Positions 61,490 through 64,000 of a stretch of 64,000 nucleotides of DNA are shown in pieces. Both the position numbers and the translations under genes were made by a program. The first letter of the stretch is position 1, and every line of letters begins with the position of its first letter. Origin of the DNA: Ylistrum balloti (Eukaryota); contig NW_026782812.1 in the NCBI RefSeq assembly GCF_031769215.1, forward strand, positions 62,001 to 126,000. The letters run 5' to 3'. A model generated the notes under the pieces. That model saw only the letters and a list, made by a program, of their open reading frames with translations. It had not been told where the DNA came from and did no database searches.

Positions 61490-63640
61490 CCTGTGTTATG
61501 TATGGACACGACGTTCTTGTGTTATTTAATGGACAAAATGTTCTTATGTTATGTATAGGCACAATATTCATGTGTTATGTATTGACACGATGCTCCTGTG
61601 TTATGTATGGACACGACGTTCTTGTGTTATTTAATGGACAAAATGTTCTTATGTTATGTATAGACACAATATTCATGTGTTATGCATTGACACGATGTTC
61701 CTGTGTTATGTATGGACACGGTGTTCTTGTGTTATGTATTGACACGATGTCCCTGTGTTAAGTATGAACACTTAGCTCCTGTGTTATGTATTGACACTAT
61801 GCTCCTGTGTTATGTATGGACACGGTGTTCCTGTGCTATGTATGGACACGGTGTTCCTGTGTTATGTATGGACACGGTGTTCCTGTGTTATGTATAGACA
61901 GTATGTTTCTGTGTTATGTATGGACACAATGTTCCTGTGTTATGTATGGACACGGTGTTCCTCTGTTATGTATGGACACGGTGTTCCTGTGTTATGTATG
62001 GACACGATGTTCATGTGTTATGTTTGGACATGGTGTTCCTCTGTTTTGTATAGACACGGTGTTCTTGTGTTATGTATGGACACCGTGTTCCTGTGTTATG
62101 TATGGACACGATGTTCCTGTGTTATGTATGGAAAGTATGTTTCTGTGTTATGTATGGACACAATGTTCATGTGTTATGTATAGACACGATGTTCATGTGT
62201 TATGTATGGACACGACGATGAACACTTAGCTCCTGTGTTATGTATTGACACTATGCTCCTGTGTTATGTATGGACACGATGTTCCTGTGTTATGTATGGA
62301 CACGGTGTTCCTGTGTTATGTATAGACACGATGTTCCTGTGTTTTGCATGGACACGATGTTCCTGTGTTATGTATGGACACGACGTCCTGTGTTATGTAC
62401 AGACATGATGTTCCTGTATTATGTATTGAAACGATGTCCCCATGTTATATATGTACACGATGTTCCTGTGTGATGTATGGACACGGTGTTCCTGTGTTAT
62501 GTATGGACACGATGTTCCTGTTTTATGTATGGACACGATGTTTCTGTGTTATGTATGGACACGATGTTCCTGTGTTGTGCATGGACACGGTGTTCCTGTG
62601 TTATGTATGGACACGATGTTCCTGTGTTATGTATGGACACGGTGTTCCTGTGTTATGTATGGACACGATGTTCCTGTGTTATGTATGGACACGGTGTTCC
62701 TGTGTTATGTATAGACACGATGTTCCTGTGTTTTGCATGGACACGATGTTCCTGTGTTATGTATGGACACGACGTCCTGTGTTATGTACAGACATGATGT
62801 TCCTGTATTATGTATTGAAACGATGTCCCCATGTTATATATGTACACGATGTTCCTGTGTGATGTATGACACGGTGTTCCTGTGTTATGTATGGACACGA
62901 TGTTCCTGTTTTATGTATGGACACGATGTTTCTGTGTTATGTATGGACACGATGTTCCTGTGTTATGTATGGACAGGATGTTCCTGTGTTATGTATAGAC
63001 ACGGTGTTCCTGTGTTATGTATGGACACGGTGTTCCTGTGTTATGTTTGGACATGGTGTTCCTCTGTTTTGTATAGACACGGTGTTCTTGTGTTATGTAT
63101 GGACACGGTGTTCCTGTGTTATGTTTGGACAGGATGTTCCTGTGTTATGTATGGACAGTATGTTTCTGTGTTATGTATGGACAGGATGTTTCTGTGTTAT
63201 GTATAGACACGATGTTCATGTGTTATGTATGGACACGATGTTCCTGTGTTATGTATGGACACCGTGTTCCTGTGTTATGTTTGGACACGGCGTTCCTGTG
63301 TTATGTTTGGACACGGCGTTCCTGTGTTATGTTTGGACAGGATGTTCCTGTGTTATGTATGGACAGTATGTTTCTGTGTTATGTATGGACAGGATGTTTC
63401 TGTGTTATGTATGGACACCGTGTTCCTGTGTTATGTTTGGACACGGCGTTCCTGTGTTATGTTTGGACAGGATGTTCATGTGATATGTATGGACACGATG
63501 TTCCTGTGTTATGTATGGACAGGATGTTTCTGTGTTATGTATGGACAGTATGTTTCTGTGTTATGTATGGACACGGTGTTCCTGTGTTATGTTTGGACAG
63601 TATGTTTCTGTGTTATGTATGGACAGGATGTTCCTGTGTT
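61490..63640. repeat. 26-bp minisatellite/satellite array, about 80 units, with higher-order duplications
   Basis: Unit atgtatggacacg(a/g)tgttcctgtgtt and variants. A variant block at about 62342 recurs at about 62731. Confidence 0.97.
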
Positions 63641-64000
63641 TAGTCGCAAAGGTTTTCCACATTTTATTTCATCACGACTTTCAGACAAGGGTTAAACATG
63701 GTTCAATATTATGCATCGATGGCCAAGAGAGACATATACGTGAATACATAATATAAAAGTGTTACATTTTTATGCAATTAGATATCAGATAATGTATTAC
63801 AAAAATGTCGTTAGCATCATACAAATAAAAAATAATGATAGCCGTATCATGTGAGTGTGCACGCTGTGCGCACTCAGGCTTTGGTGTGTTGTGCGTTACC
63901 ACAACTGTAATATACCTAAATGGTAAGGCGACTGTGTGGCGGAGTGCTAATTCTTTCTAATAACATCAGCTGTTTTTGTTTCTCTGCCATCCATGTCAGG

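Noticed and set aside
61498-63756. Many overlapping Cys/Met-rich ORFs
   Set aside because: All are translations of the 26-bp array in different frames.

Overview
AT-rich eukaryotic genomic DNA with spliced genes; the repeat content and gene families suggest a lophotrochozoan, probably a bivalve mollusc (inference). I reconstructed exons by hand from GT-AG sites and reading-frame continuity. Left to right: (1) an intronless RING/B-box/coiled-coil/NHL (TRIM-NHL) gene on +, apparently nested in an intron of (2) a SMYD3-like methyltransferase gene on -, of which 8 exons are visible and the 3' end is probably off the left edge; (3) a complete ~4 kb PIF/Harbinger-type DNA transposon with 16-bp TIRs, a CTG-type TSD, an intact DDE transposase and a Myb/SANT gene with one in-frame stop, inserted into a ~94-bp tandem repeat and carrying three nested small elements; (4) three tandem, full-length flavin-containing monooxygenase genes on +, each with six coding exons, the third divergent at conserved motifs; (5) two tandem genes on - for small secreted four-EF-hand proteins, mostly missed by the ORF track; (6) a near-perfect type I hammerhead ribozyme fold at 57671-57718 on -, with two decayed relatives elsewhere in the window; (7) a decayed Ty3/Gypsy remnant, several V-SINE copies with TSDs, tandem repeats of 26, 48 and 84 bp, and a 392-nt N gap. 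I found no CRISPR array, rRNA gene or true tRNA gene.
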